Positions 1-11,856 of a stretch of 64,000 nucleotides of DNA are shown one piece after another. The position numbers and the translations under genes were made by a program. The notes under the pieces were generated by a model, which had not been told where the DNA came from, searched no databases, and saw only the letters and a list, made by a program, of their open reading frames with translations. The DNA lies in assembly GCA_002269645.1 (NCBI GenBank), contig NIVC01000257.1, positions 124,001 through 188,000 on the forward strand. The letters run 5' to 3'. Positions within the stretch are counted from its first letter, which is position 1; each line of letters opens with the position of its first letter. This DNA is from Macrostomum lignano. Lineage: Eukaryota.

Positions 1-833
1 CGATTCTCAGATGAGACTTGGAAAGGAGAGAGGCTATTCTCAGATGAGACTTGGAAAGGAGAGAGGCTATTCTCAGATGAGACTTGGAAAGGAGAGAGGC
101 TATTCTCAGATGAGACTGGGAAAGGAGAGAGGCTATTCTCAGATGAGACTGGGAAAGGAGAGAGGCTATTCTCAGATGAGACTTGGAAAGGAGAGAGGCT
201 ATTCTCAGATAAGACTGGGAAAGGAGAGAGGCTATTCTCAGATAAGACTGGGAAAGGAGAGAGGCTATTCTCAGATAAGACTGGGAAAGGAGAGAGGCGA
301 TTCTCAGATGAGACTGGGAAAGGAGAGAGGCTATTCTCAGATGAGACTTGGAAAGGAGAGAGGCTATTCTCAGATAAGACTGGGAAAGGAGAGAGGCTAT
401 TCTCAGATGAGACTGGGAAAGGAGAGAGGCTATTCTCAGATGAGACTTGGAAAGGAGAGAGGCTATTCTCAGATAAGACTGGGAAAGGAGAGAGGCTATT
501 CTCAGATAAGACTTGGAAAGGAGAGAGGCTATTCTCAGATAAGACTGGGAAAGGAGAGAGGCGATTCTCAGATGAGACTGGGAAAGGAGAGAGGCTATTC
601 TCAGATGAGACTTGGAAAGGAGAGAGGCTATTCTCAGATAAGACTGGGAAAGGAGAGAGGCTATTCTCAGATGAGACTGGGAAAGGAGAGAGGCTATTCT
701 CAGATGAGACTTGGAAAGGAGAGAGGCTATTCTCAGATAAGACTGGGAAAGGAGAGAGGCGATTCTCAGATGAGACTGGGAAAGGAGAGAGGCTATTCTC
801 AGATGAGACTTGGAAAAGAGAGAGGCTATTCTC
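1..833. repeat. Minisatellite, 33-bp unit TTCTCAGATGAGACTTGGAAAGGAGAGAGGCTA, ~25 copies, truncated by the window edge
   Basis: Direct tandem units; ORF 11..850 (MRLGKERGYSQ)n is just the 11-codon translation of the unit. Confidence 0.97.
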
Positions 834-2093
834 TGGGGTCCTACTTATGAGCAGAACAAAGCAACTAAACATGGAGAACGAAATTCAGCTAGCTTTAAAA
901 ATTCTTGTCTACTTGTACACTACTGATAAGAATTTTCAGACCTACAAAAACCGAACTTTGTACCATAGACCAAAACTTTTGTAGTATTGCGAGTATACGA
1001 GCTAATAGATATCAATGTCATGCCAATTGGTTTCAGGCCATAGACAATAACAAAAATGAGTTTAAGAAAGTTATTTCTAGCCGCACTTTTGTCTATGGCA
1101 CCAACCAATTTCCAGCCAAGGACTAACAATTATAAAGCCAGATTAGAAAGATTTATATCAGTCAGTTACTAAGGTGATTGCGCAACGGTCTGTTTACAAT
1201 CAGACTAACGCAGTAGGCAACTAGACAAACTAGACACAGCTTAAAACAGGCAGCGGCTTGCCTAGACAGACCTGCAGGACGATTTCAACTCTCCTTCGAA
1301 ATGACAGAGTGAGTCAGCGAGCGATTCAAAAGAAATTCATTGTTGTTAAGGCGAGGCAACACCTCTATAGCTACGAGTATAAGTGCGAGATAGATACAAA
1401 ATTAGGTAGACCAGTAGGACTAAACAATCAAGACCCAGAAGCTCAGAATTAGACAGCCGAAAAGATAAAACCGCAAGTCTTGTCGTGACCTCAGACGACC
1501 TTATCTTTCACATTGAACATTTGACAAGTCAACGTTTTTATAGTGCTATCAAGCGCCAGTCGGCTGGAAGCGCAGCTGACAGGTGTGTTGCTAGGCACAG
1601 TTTATTTTTACCAGAACAGAGAAAATATATATAATAACAATAATCTGCTGCGGGCTTCTAAAGCTATAATTCTACGTATAATCAGGAAATCTTAAATAAT
1701 GCTATTAACAGATGGACAGCGACACAGACTGGGGTCTCTGGGAAGATTTGATGATGGGCAAACATTGATTGCGCGAAATGCAGCTCATGAATTGACTCGA
1801 TTAATTGCAATATATCTATATCGCTAATATGCATAGGTATACGATAATGTTAACAACAAAAGCAAAGTGTAGCCGGGGCAAAATAACTGAAATTTCGAAC
1901 AAGATATAGACAAGAAACTGGAACCGGGCATTGAACAGAGGAAACGGGAGATCAAAAAATCGGAAGGGAGGGGATAAGAGGATTAAGGTACATGGCAATG
2001 GGATCCCGTTGAGAATCCGGGATGTAAGCAAAGAGATTTAAACAGCGGACAATGAAAGTGTCAATGAAACAGATCAGCAGGCAGTTCGCCAGC

Positions 2094-4061
2094 TCACAGC
2101 GGCAGCGGCACAAACGGCGGCACCAAGCAGTTGGACTCGATCGCGGCGCGCACATCCTCCGGTCCGGCCGCTGCGCCGCTGTGCAGCAGGCCGCACTCGA
2201 CAAACAGCGGCCAGCACTGCTGCAGCACCTGGCCGAGGCTGGCCGGCCGCCTGTCCGGGTCCGGGTGGAGCAGCATCAGCACCAGGCTGCGGTAGAGCAG
2301 GCTGGCCGGCCGGACAAACAGGCGCGAGAGCCGGCGGTAGCCGGGACCGGCCATGAAGTCGGCGTACTCTGCCACGGTGCGGGTGTAGCTGGGCGGCACG
2401 ATGGGGAAGTAGTTGTGCAGCAGCCAGAAGGCCAGGCAGCCGTAGCTGAACCAGTCGGTGGCGCGGGTCACAACGCTGACCCGGTCGCCGCCGCTGCCGC
2501 CGCCGCCTCCGCGGAGTATCTCAACAGGCAGGTGGAAGGTGCCCAGGCCGGCAGACAGGCAGCTCTCAGCGCGGCCGTCGCGCAGGGCCAGCGCGTGGCC
2601 GAGGTCACACAGGCGGACGTGACCGCTGGCAGCGATCAGCACGTTGTCGGCCTTCACGTCCAGGTGGAGGAAGCCGCGGGCGTGCAGGAAGTCGATGGCG
2701 CAGCCGAGCTCGGCCAGGTAGAAGGCGGCCTCCCGCTCCACCAGCATGCGGCCGGTCTTGGCCAGGCTGCCGACCAGGTCCTGAAGGGAGCCGCCGGGCG
2801 CCAGTTCGAGCAGCAGGCAGCCAAGCTCGGAGCCGGCGTGCGTCAGCTGAACACTGTCAGCTAGCCAGAGCACGAAGGCACTACGGTAGCTGTCCTCGGT
2901 GTGCCCGGCCTGCAGTCTGCGGTGCACTTGGCTCTCCTTCCGGTGCGTAGACAATCGATGCGTGCACTTTAAAGCCCGCGGCTCCAAGCACAGGCTGGCG
3001 TCTGATGGCGAGTGGCGATGGCGGTGCTGCACGAAGCAGAAGTACACTTGGCCGAAGTTGCCCCGGCCGAGACTGTGCGCCGGCTTGTACACCACCTGGC
3101 CGCCGGTTGGCGCAAACGGCGGCGGCGCCTCGGCGGCTGGGGGCGCGGCGCCGATCCCGGTGCGAATGGCGGCGGCAGTCAGCTTCTGCTGGTGCTGCGC
3201 CTGCTGCGCCTGCTGCACGGGCAGCGGGGTGCGCATGCGATGATGGCAGACGGACTCGAAGAATGTCGGCGGAACCCACGGGCAGACAGGCTGTCTGGCG
3301 CAGCGGTTCATCAGCTCGGCAAGCAGGCCAGAAACTCCGAGACGGTCTGGACAGGCCTGAGCAGACGACGGGCCTAGGACGCCTTGGCGCAGAGCATTGA
3401 CTCGGCCGCCTCGGCAGGCGGCGGCGGCGGCGGCGGCGGCCACCGCTGCAGCCGCAACGGCGGAGTTCTGGACGCAGCCGACGCCGTTGTTTCCATCGCC
3501 GACGACGCTGTTGGTGTGGGGCGACGCTACCACTGCCGCTGCGGCCGCGGCGGCGGCCACTGCTGCGGCGGCTGCGCTGGTACCGCTGTGGTGGCACATC
3601 GGCGAGGCTGCAGCCGGTACGGCAATGGCAAAGTCGGACTCTTCTCCTAGACCAGAATCGTTGCTGACTGCCGCCGACCAGAGGCGCAGAGTCGCTGCCG
3701 CGGCTGCTGTGGGATCGCGGGATGCAGACCCGCCGCTGCTGCCGCCGCCGATGCCTCCACCGCCACTTCCACCGGGACCGACGCCGCCGCCGATCCGTCC
3801 GACGTTGCCGACGAGGCCGCTGCTACCTCCGACAGCACCGCTTGCACCGTTACTGCCACCGGCGCCACCTCTGCAGACGCCGCTGACAACGCTGTCGCCG
3901 CCGCTGCCGACGCCGCCACCGGCGTCTGTGCCGCCGGCTCCGACAGACACGCCGCTGGCACCGCCACCGCTGCCGCCGCTGCTACCATCGTTTCGTCCTC
4001 GTCTCGCGCCGAAGACACTCATTGAGGCAAACATCTCTGAGAACGCGCTGTCAGCGAGCAT
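2094..4061 (-). CDS. Intronless Ser/Thr protein kinase, AGC-like but divergent, with Gly/Ala-rich N-terminal extension (655 aa)
   Basis: Kinase motifs in order: LGRGNFGQV (Gly loop), ALK, RKE (alphaC Glu), LLLELAPGGSL, FYLAEL, HLDVKADN (catalytic loop), DLG, GTFHLPVE, DWFSYG, HPDPDRRP. True start codon uncertain. Confidence 0.9.
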   Translation of the reverse strand: MLADSAFSEMFASMSVFGARRGRNDGSSGGSGGGASGVSVGAGGTDAGGGVGSGGDSVVSGVCRGGAGGSNGASGAVGGSSGLVGNVGRIGGGVGPGGSGGGGIGGGSSGGSASRDPTAAAAATLRLWSAAVSNDSGLGEESDFAIAVPAAASPMCHHSGTSAAAAAVAAAAAAAAVVASPHTNSVVGDGNNGVGCVQNSAVAAAAVAAAAAAAACRGGRVNALRQGVLGPSSAQACPDRLGVSGLLAELMNRCARQPVCPWVPPTFFESVCHHRMRTPLPVQQAQQAQHQQKLTAAAIRTGIGAAPPAAEAPPPFAPTGGQVVYKPAHSLGRGNFGQVYFCFVQHRHRHSPSDASLCLEPRALKCTHRLSTHRKESQVHRRLQAGHTEDSYRSAFVLWLADSVQLTHAGSELGCLLLELAPGGSLQDLVGSLAKTGRMLVEREAAFYLAELGCAIDFLHARGFLHLDVKADNVLIAASGHVRLCDLGHALALRDGRAESCLSAGLGTFHLPVEILRGGGGGSGGDRVSVVTRATDWFSYGCLAFWLLHNYFPIVPPSYTRTVAEYADFMAGPGYRRLSRLFVRPASLLYRSLVLMLLHPDPDRRPASLGQVLQQCWPLFVECGLLHSGAAAGPEDVRAAIESNCLVPPFVPLPL

Positions 4062-5339
4062 CGCCTGGGTCTTAATAAAACATAAAGCACAGGATCCTAC
4101 AGACTAAATGGAACTGTAAGAATTCCTAATGGAAAGTGAAAAATCAAAGTCAAAACTAGCTCTGAAAGTGTCAGGGAGAAAAACTAGCGCTCCAGACCGA
4201 CCCTCTTGTGGCCATTCTGGCGCGGGCCCAGTTCACCCATTTTATAGAGATAGGAGAGCCACCCACCCCCCTGAAATCAAATTCAACAGTTAAAGGCGCA
4301 CTCTCCGCTCCCGTCTTCCCTGTGTGCGCTAGAGGGGCTTTAGAATTTCAGGGGTTGGTGCTGGACTGGGGGCTGCACAGAGGGGTGTGGGGTGGGGCAG
4401 TGGTCGGGCGGGGGTGGGTGTTTTACTTGGCCGTCGTGCCATCGTGCCCCTGCTAAGCTCAAAGACCCTTGAATTTTCTACACCCTCGTTTTTGGCACAC
4501 TTGTCTAGCCCAGCGCCGGGTGGTCGGAAAGGATGGCATAGGGCCCGCTCTGAAATTGAGGGTGTGCGCTGTGAGAGCCGTTACGTAATGTTGAACTCAA
4601 CTCGCGTAACACATTTGTACACAAAATTCTTCCCGGGCCACGAGTTCTTTTGTGCTATCACTAGGAAAATAGGTCGCACAAAGGACCTGTTGGGCCAATA
4701 TTGAAGTATTGATTACTCCTAAGTAGCATGATGGCTGCAAAACGAAATTGCTCATTTTCAGTGTCAAGTTTGCCCGTACTTACGAGTAAGTCAATATTAC
4801 TTTTTAATCGGTAAAGTTTATACTAATTGCATTTAAAAATTTAACTTTTAATTATATTATTTACTAGGATATCTGCGTTGAATTTTAATTTCAATTGATG
4901 CTTGATTTCGCTGCAATCTTATCTTAGATCAGTCCAAGAAGTATAATTATATCTCTTCGTTCAAAATAGTACGATGGCACCAGAGATCTGTTATCTGGGA
5001 GGGCAATAAAGCAAGCTGAACCAATTCTACTACTTATCAACTTCAGGCGCCCCCCCCACACTGTCTGCTTACCGAATACGAACTTTCGACCTTGGAATTT
5101 CGACTTTTGTTTGTGAAGTCAAAATACTAAAGTTAATGACCGCAATTGGTCCAGACCCGACAGCGGTTACACAATACAATATTTTCCAGGTGGTATGAAA
5201 GTGCACCTCGAGGGCTATTTATCAGGCTTTTAATTAGGAGGCTCGCGTTAGTGTTCCACCACTGCAGCGATTATTTCATTATAAGCTGAAACCAACCATC
5301 AAAAGTAACTACCCTCAGGAAGGATCATGTGCTTGGATG

Positions 5340-5950
5340 ACTCACTGAAAAACTGTGCTGAGGGTAGCAATGACCTGGGGTGAAGGTACCGCTGAAAAAC
5401 TGGGGTTAGGTTATGCAGTGACCTACCGAAGAACTGGGCTGGGAGGCAGCACAGCAGTGACCCATCGAAGAACTGGGGGGGGGGGGCAGCGGTGACCCAC
5501 CGAAGAACTTTGGGGGGGGGAGGCAGTGGTGACACACTGAAGAACTGGGGTGTCAGGCAGCTGTGACACTGAAGAACTGGAGTGTCAGGCAGCTGTGACA
5601 CACTGAAGAACTGGGGTGTCAGGCAGCTGTGACACGCTGAAGAACTGGGGTGTCAGGCAGCTGTGACACACTGAAGAACTGGGGTGTCAGGCAGCTGTGA
5701 CACACTGAAGAACTGGGGTGTCAGGCAGCGGTGACACACTAAAGAACTGGGGTGTCAGGCAGCTGTGACACACTGAAGAACTGGGGTGTCAGGCAGCGGT
5801 GACACACTGAAGAACTGGGGTGGGAGGCAGCTGTGACACACTGAAGAACTGGGGTGTCAGGCAGCTGTGACACACTGAAGAACTGGGGTGTCAGGCAGCT
5901 GTGACACACTGAAGAACTGGCAGCTATGACTGACACACTGAAGAACTGGG
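5340..5950. repeat. Minisatellite, 34-bp unit GACACACTGAAGAACTGGGGTGTCAGGCAGCTGT
   Basis: Tandem copies, diverged at the left edge and homogeneous to the right. Confidence 0.95.
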
Positions 5951-6542
5951 TATTTGCTGTGCTGTGTCTACCATGTCAAACAAACCTATTCGGAGTACCA
6001 TTTCTTGTGTCAAGTCTGACTCCGGTAAAACAAAAATTTATTTATCCCTGATATTTCACCAAAAATGTCTTATTTGACCAAATTCTCACCGAAGTGCAGA
6101 TGAATTTATTGAAAAGCACCTTTATTGAAAACAAGGAACCTTCTAAGAAAAATTTACCAAGTCAGACATCAGCAGGTGCAATCAGGAGAAGCTAATTGCT
6201 TAAAATTTTGCAGGTATTCAGGGGCTCAGAAGCACAAGTGAAAGCACATGTGCAGTGCAACTGAGCGACCCCGACTTGTCTCTTGGCCATTTTTCCTGTT
6301 GCTACTCGCAATAATTTGAAATTACTGCCCGACCTGACAGCAATGTACTCGTTAAACACATTACTGATTAGAATAGTCAATTATTCAACAATTTTCAGTA
6401 GTACTATGTTAATTCACAGCAAAAGTAATATCATATTAAACCTGAGACGAAATAAGCGTCACTGCAGTAGTAGTTCGTGAGTTAATACTCGTAATTAATA
6501 AGCAATAAGTTCAAGGCTTGTTGACCTCAACGAGTCATAATG

Positions 6543-7176
6543 TTCACTCTACTTGGGTCAGTAGTGGTGGTGTAGGTCACTCACTGTACTTGGGTCTGTA
6601 GTGATGTAGGTCACTCACTGTACTTGGGTCAGTAGTGGTGATGTAGGTCACTCACTGTACTTGGGTCAGTAGTGGTGATGTAGGTCACTCACTCTACTTG
6701 GCTCATTAGTGGTGATGTAGGTCACTCACTCTACTTGGGTCAGCAGTGGTAGTGTAGGTCACTCACTCTACTTGGGTCAGTAGTAGTGATGTAGGTCACT
6801 CACTGTACTTGGGTCAGTGGGTCAACAGTGGTGGTGTAGATCACTCACTGTACTACTAGGGTCAGTAGTGGTGATGTAGGTCACTCACTCTACTTGGGTC
6901 AGCAGTGGTAGTGTAGGTCACTCACTCTACTTGGGTCAGTGGGTCAACAGTGGTGGTGTAGATCACTCACTGTACTACTAGGGTCAGTAGTGGTGATGTA
7001 GGTCACTCACTCTACTTGGGTCAGTGGGTCAGCAGTGGTGGTGTAGATCACTCACTGTACTACTAGGGTCAGTAGTGGTGATGTAGGTCACTCACTCTAC
7101 TGGGGTCAGCAATGGTGATGTAGGTCACTCACTCTACTTGGGTCAGTAGTGGTGATGTAGGTCACTCACTGTACTC
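6543..7176. repeat. Minisatellite, ~37-bp unit CACTCACTCTACTTGGGTCAGTAGTGGTGATGTAGGT
   Basis: Tandem copies with recurring insertion variants. Confidence 0.95.
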
Positions 7177-7310
7177 AGGTTTTATTACATCAGCTGTACC
7201 ATTCAGTACGCATAAAATCGGTGGTTCTCCTTACGAGTCAATCGATCGGTTCATCAGCGTGTTGTCACAATCTAGGTTGGTTGTTAATACGAGATTAGTT
7301 TAGCCTGCAG

Positions 7311-10300
7311 TCACAACAGGAACCTGGCGGTCAAAGCGCCAGCCAGCACCAGGAACAGGACGGCCAGCACCGCCAGCTTCCCTGCAGCGACTCGGCACCA
7401 ACTCCGTTTCAACCGGCAGGCGTCGGGGTCTCCGGCTGAGTTCAGCAGCGGCAGGCGCTCCGACTCGCCCAGGGCTCGATCCTGGGCCCGCTCTGCCTCG
7501 GCTCGCCAGTCGAGCAGGCAGAGGGTGAACGTCAGCAGGAGGACGGCCTCAGCTGTTAGACCCAGCAGGAGACCGAGCCACAGGCCTGGGATGCCCCAGC
7601 CGGCCGGCAACGCGAGCGGCACTCCGATTGGCAGCGCCAGAGCGTAGAAGCCGACAAAGTTGACGAGGGCTCCGGCGGCTTGCCGGCCGCAGCCGCGCAG
7701 AGCGCCGCCTGAAACCGCCTGTTTGATTTGAAGGTAGAATGAGAGAAATGAGATAGAATGAGTACACGGAGTCTTTGTTTAATGCCCTCATAGAGGTAGA
7801 ATGAGTACACGGAGTCTTTGTTCAATGCCCTCATAGAGGAGGTAGAATGAGTACACGGAGTCTTTGTTCAATGCCCTCATAGAGGAGGTAGAATGAGTAC
7901 ACGGAGTCTATGTTCAATGCCCTCATAGAGGAGGTAGAATGAGTACACGGAGTCTATGTTCAATGCCCTCATAGAGGAGGTAGAATGAGTACACGGAGTC
8001 TTTGTTCAATGCCCTCATAGAGGAGGTAGAATGAGTACACGGAGTCTTTGTTCAATGCCCTCATAGAGGAGGTAGAGTGAGTACATGGAGTCTATTCAAT
8101 GACCTCAGATGGAGAACCGTTTGACAGTCTTCGGTTCATTGCCTACTTAGAGTTATAAACACGGGCATACGGAGCAGGATCAAACTCACAGACAGTCCGT
8201 CGGAGAGTTGAAACGCCGCCATGAGAGGTAGGACCCTGGTCACGTGATCCCGGACGTCCTGGCTGGCGGTGAACAGCATGGGAAGGTGGAACCGCAGGAG
8301 CAAAATCGCTGCTGCTGAAAGGCTGGCGGTCACCGCTTGAAAATGGGGTGGAGCAGCAATTGTTCGAGTTGATAGCCACGCAATGTTTCTCAATCGATTT
8401 TATTTTATAAAGATAAGACAAGACGGACTCACCAACCATGACCAGGCCGGCTTTGTAGGCTAGCTTTGCTCGGCCAGCATGTCCGGCGCCCAGTTCCTGG
8501 CCGACGCGAATGTTCACGGCGATGGACAGGCCGAGAGGAATCTGCGCCCGATGGCCGAGGGGGTCGAGTGTACTAATTAAATAAAACTTCTAGATAGATA
8601 GAGACATAAGACAGATGGATAGAGAAATGAGACAGGTAGACAGAGACATGAGACAGGAAGATAGAGACAGATGAGACAGGTAGGTAGAGAAATGAGACAG
8701 GTAGACAGAGAGATGAGATAGGTAGACAGAGATGAGACAGGTAGATAGAGAGATGAGACAGGTAGACAGAAAGATGAGACAGGTAGATAGAGAGATGAGA
8801 CAGGTAGACAGAGAGATGAGACAGGTAGACACAGAGATGAGACAGGTAGACAGAGACATGAGACAGGTAGACAGACATGAAACAGGTAGACAGAGACATG
8901 AGACAGGTGGATAGAGACATGAGGCAGGTAGATAGAGACATGAGGCAGGTTGATAGAGAGATGAGACAAGTAGACAGAGACATGAGACAGGTAGACAGAG
9001 ACATGAGACAGGTAGACAGAGACATGAGACGGGTAGACAAGTGAATGATTGCAAGAAAAACATAAAGAGGAAACAAAGAACCAGAGATATGGTGGACCTG
9101 ATGCACGCAGTGGTGCATTGCAGCCTCACCAGCCTCACCATATAAGTCCAGACCTCCAGCTGGAACAGAACGCCCTGAGCACCCAGCTGCGAGTCGGAGA
9201 TGAGCCCGGCCACCAGAGTGGCAATCTCGAAGCTCCATTCCTCCAGCGCGACCAGCGCAACCCCAGCCAGGCCCAGCCGGACAAAACCGGCCCAGCCGGT
9301 CAGCGCCTGCCAGCTGAGGCCCGGCCAGGTGTCCGAGTAGATGCCGGACATGAGCACGTAGGCCAGCAGCAGGCTGAGCATGAGGCCCAGCGAGGCAGCC
9401 TGGCAGAGAGCGGAGGCCCGATAGCCGAAGCCGTGCCAGAAGATCAGCGCGTACTGCGCAGTCGCGTTGAAGACGTTGCCCAGCATGGCGCAGAGCATTG
9501 GCGGCAGCACCAGGTTTTGATTTTGCAGGTAGCGCGACAGCACCAAGAAGTTGAAATCGAACTGCTCGGAAATTGAAGTTGTCAGGGGTTCTAGCCTAGT
9601 GGTTAGAGCGTCGGACTCACGACTTGAAGGTCTGGGGTTCGATTCTCGACCCACTCGGAACAATTTGTGTCCTTGAGACAAGACACTCAACTCTACATTG
9701 CTTCAGTTCACCCAGCTGTAAAATGGGTGCCAGCATTACTGGGGTAACTGAGGGTATGTGGCGACCCCCCCCAGCCTTGGACTGAACAGCCGTACGCAGC
9801 CTTCAGATGCGCCGCGCCATAGCTGCGGCTGAGCTGTCGGTTGCACGTTTGGCCATTAGGGCAGGTGTAATCAATTAATTTTTGTAAGCTTTCGTCCAAA
9901 TTAAAAACATCTTTAAACACTACTCTGTCCCTCCTACTCATAGTAGAAAAGTAGTAAAAAAGCGTACAAAGAATCCGGGCAGAAATAGCAGTAAATAGTC
10001 GGCAGCTTTGATTGCGATGGGCCTCTCCTGGCCAATGAGAATCAGCAGCTTCTCAATGTTGAGCATCACAGAGAATATCGGCACCAGAGCTGCGTTCATT
10101 ATTAGCAAGCCTGCCATGGTTGTTTGGAATGGATCTTTTGCAGTGCGGTTGCATTGGGATTTTGGTGCTGGGGAACCATGCGATGAGCAATTCGAGGGAA
10201 TTTGGATACTGCGAGAATTGAGGTGTTTGGGAATTTAGATGCTGGGGAATTTAGATGCTGTGGAATTTGGATGCTATGGAATTTAGATGCTGGGGAATTT

Positions 10301-11549
10301 AGATGCTGGGGAATTTGGATGCTGGGGAATTTAGATGCTGGGGAATTTAGATGCTGTGGGAATTCAGATGCTGGGGAATTTAGATGCTGGGGAATTTAGA
10401 TGCTGGGGAATTTGGATGCTGGGGAATTTAGATGCTGTGGGAATTCAGATGCTGGGGAATTTGGATGCTGGGGAATTTAGATGCTGTGGGAATTCAGATG
10501 CTGGGGAATTTAGATGCTGGGGAATTTAGATGCTGGGGAATTTAGAGAGTTTTAAAGGATGACAACATTAAAAGGGGATGAAAAATGTCAACTGCTTTAC
10601 GAGACTGACTTCTCTGCAGATGGATGCCGACCCGCTTCTTGTTCGGCCCGCCGAAAGTCTGCGAGAAGAACGTGTCGCAGGCGGTGGACATGCCAACACC
10701 GATTCCGATGCCCGCCACATTGATTAGCTGGGGAAATCCAACAGAGAGTGACATCTACTGACATACTTGACAAATGCCTTGTATTTCAGTTGCATTTATG
10801 CGTACTGACAGGAAACATCTAGCAAAATTACAGAAAAAATTCATAGTAGCATTCCAGGAAACATCTACTGAAATTCCAGGAAACACCTACTAAAATTCCA
10901 GGAAACGCCTACTTGAATTCCAAGTAATTCTAGAATTCCAAACATCTACACGTACTAGAAAACTAGGAAAAATCTACTAAAATTCCAGGAAACACCCACT
11001 AAAATGTTAGAAAACACCTACTGAAATTCTAGGAAACATCTACTCGAATTCCAGGAAACACCCAATAAAACTTTAGGAAACATCTACTAAAATTCCAGGA
11101 AACATCTTCTAAAATTCGAGGAAATATCTACTGAAATTCCAGGAAACATCTACTGAAATTCCAGGAAACATCTACTAAAATTCTAGGAAACATCTACTGA
11201 AATTCCAGGAAACATCTTCTAAAATTCGAGGAAACATCAACGAAAAGTCCTGGCAAATGTTTAATATATTTCCAGGAAACTTCCATGAAAAATGTACTAA
11301 TATTCCAGGAAACGTCTTAGAAAATGAGTCCGAAACACCTAGCAACTCAGCTGAGCTCACACTGCAGGCCAGCGTGGCCGCATCCAGATCCTCCTTGGAC
11401 AAGTGGCCGCACATGGCCAGGCTGACGGACTGCAGCAGGAACTGCAGCAGGGTGGTGAGCACTGCTGGCCAGGCCAGCTGCCACAGCTTGCGCAGCTCAA
11501 GCCGCAGACTCGACGAGTATTGAGCCTCAACTTCGGTGAGCTGCTGCAT
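7311..11549 (-). CDS. SLC47A1: MATE (multidrug and toxin extrusion, SLC47-like) transporter, 7 exons, ~511 aa from ATG 11549
   Basis: Exons with GT-AG boundaries and consistent phases: 11549-11361, 10727-10610, 10110-9968, 9561-9139, 8541-8433, 8335-8190, 7718-7311. Motifs include ELRKLWQLAWP, GMSTACDTFFSQTFG, RYLQNQ, EEWSFE, IPLGLSIAVNIRVGQELGAG and GALRGCGRQ, plus a C-terminal extra hydrophobic helix. An upstream exon is possible. The symbol is family-level (SLC47A1/2). Confidence 0.92.
7730..8095. repeat. Intronic minisatellite, 46-bp unit GAGGAGGTAGAATGAGTACACGGAGTCTTTGTTCAATGCCCTCATA
   Basis: About 8 tandem copies filling the last MATE intron. Confidence 0.95.
8595..9035. repeat. Intronic minisatellite, 21-bp unit GAGACAGGTAGACAGAGACAT
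   Basis: Tandem copies in a MATE intron. Confidence 0.93.
9584..9873 (+). mobile_element. tRNA-derived SINE with CORE-like central domain (copy 1), in a MATE intron
   Basis: A box TAGCCTAGTGG and B box GGTTCGATTC. The body GTGTCCTTGAGACAAGACACTCAAC...CTGTAAAATGGG resembles the CORE domain of MIR-type SINEs. A homologous copy lies at 24671-24864 (-). Confidence 0.82.
10200..10545. repeat. Intronic minisatellite, 16-bp unit GATGCTGGGGAATTTA
   Basis: Tandem copies in a MATE intron. Confidence 0.93.
10850..11310. repeat. Intronic minisatellite, 22-bp unit AAATTCCAGGAAACATCTACTG
   Basis: Imperfect tandem copies in MATE intron 1. Confidence 0.9.
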
Positions 11550-11856
11550 TTCCTGTGTTGAATCGGCTGGCTCGCTGTGCTGACAAGGCAGGCCAAGAAT
11601 TTAAACACGGATTCGTTGATGCGCCATTTCCCACCCTCCCTCTCGAACGCGTCGTGACAGGCAAATTACAAACTAGAACAGGGCTACTGACCTGCCGCCC
11701 GCTTCTGTGTCCAGGAGAAATTCTATCAGCTGAGGATTGAAGCTTTGTCTAACAAGACGTGAAGTGTATAATTTCTTAATTGATCTTCTCTCGAAACTTG
11801 CTATTTGCATTTAGAATATTGTGCTGAGTTTTCCTAGGAATATTTTCTCTAGAGCT

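Noticed and set aside
1-833. 33-bp unit with CAGATGAG...GAAAG, hammerhead-like
   Set aside because: The core reads CAGA not CUGA, and there is no stem II.
840-1500. A-rich region with short ORFs, a possible retroelement remnant
   Set aside because: No recognisable RT, integrase or gag motif in any frame.
2052-4107. Long + strand ORFs (270, 236 aa) and alternative-frame ORFs over the kinase
   Set aside because: Shadow ORFs of a GC-rich coding strand, with low-complexity products and no motifs.
4200-4560. Imperfect inverted repeats (GCGGGCCC/GGGCCCGC; TAGAATTTCAGGGG) upstream of the kinase
   Set aside because: Short, inconsistent order and no TSD; cannot support an element call.
8590-9690. 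366-aa ORF joining SINE, MATE exon and repeat
   Set aside because: Only 9561-9139 is MATE-like and bounded by AG/GT; the rest is antisense SINE and minisatellite.
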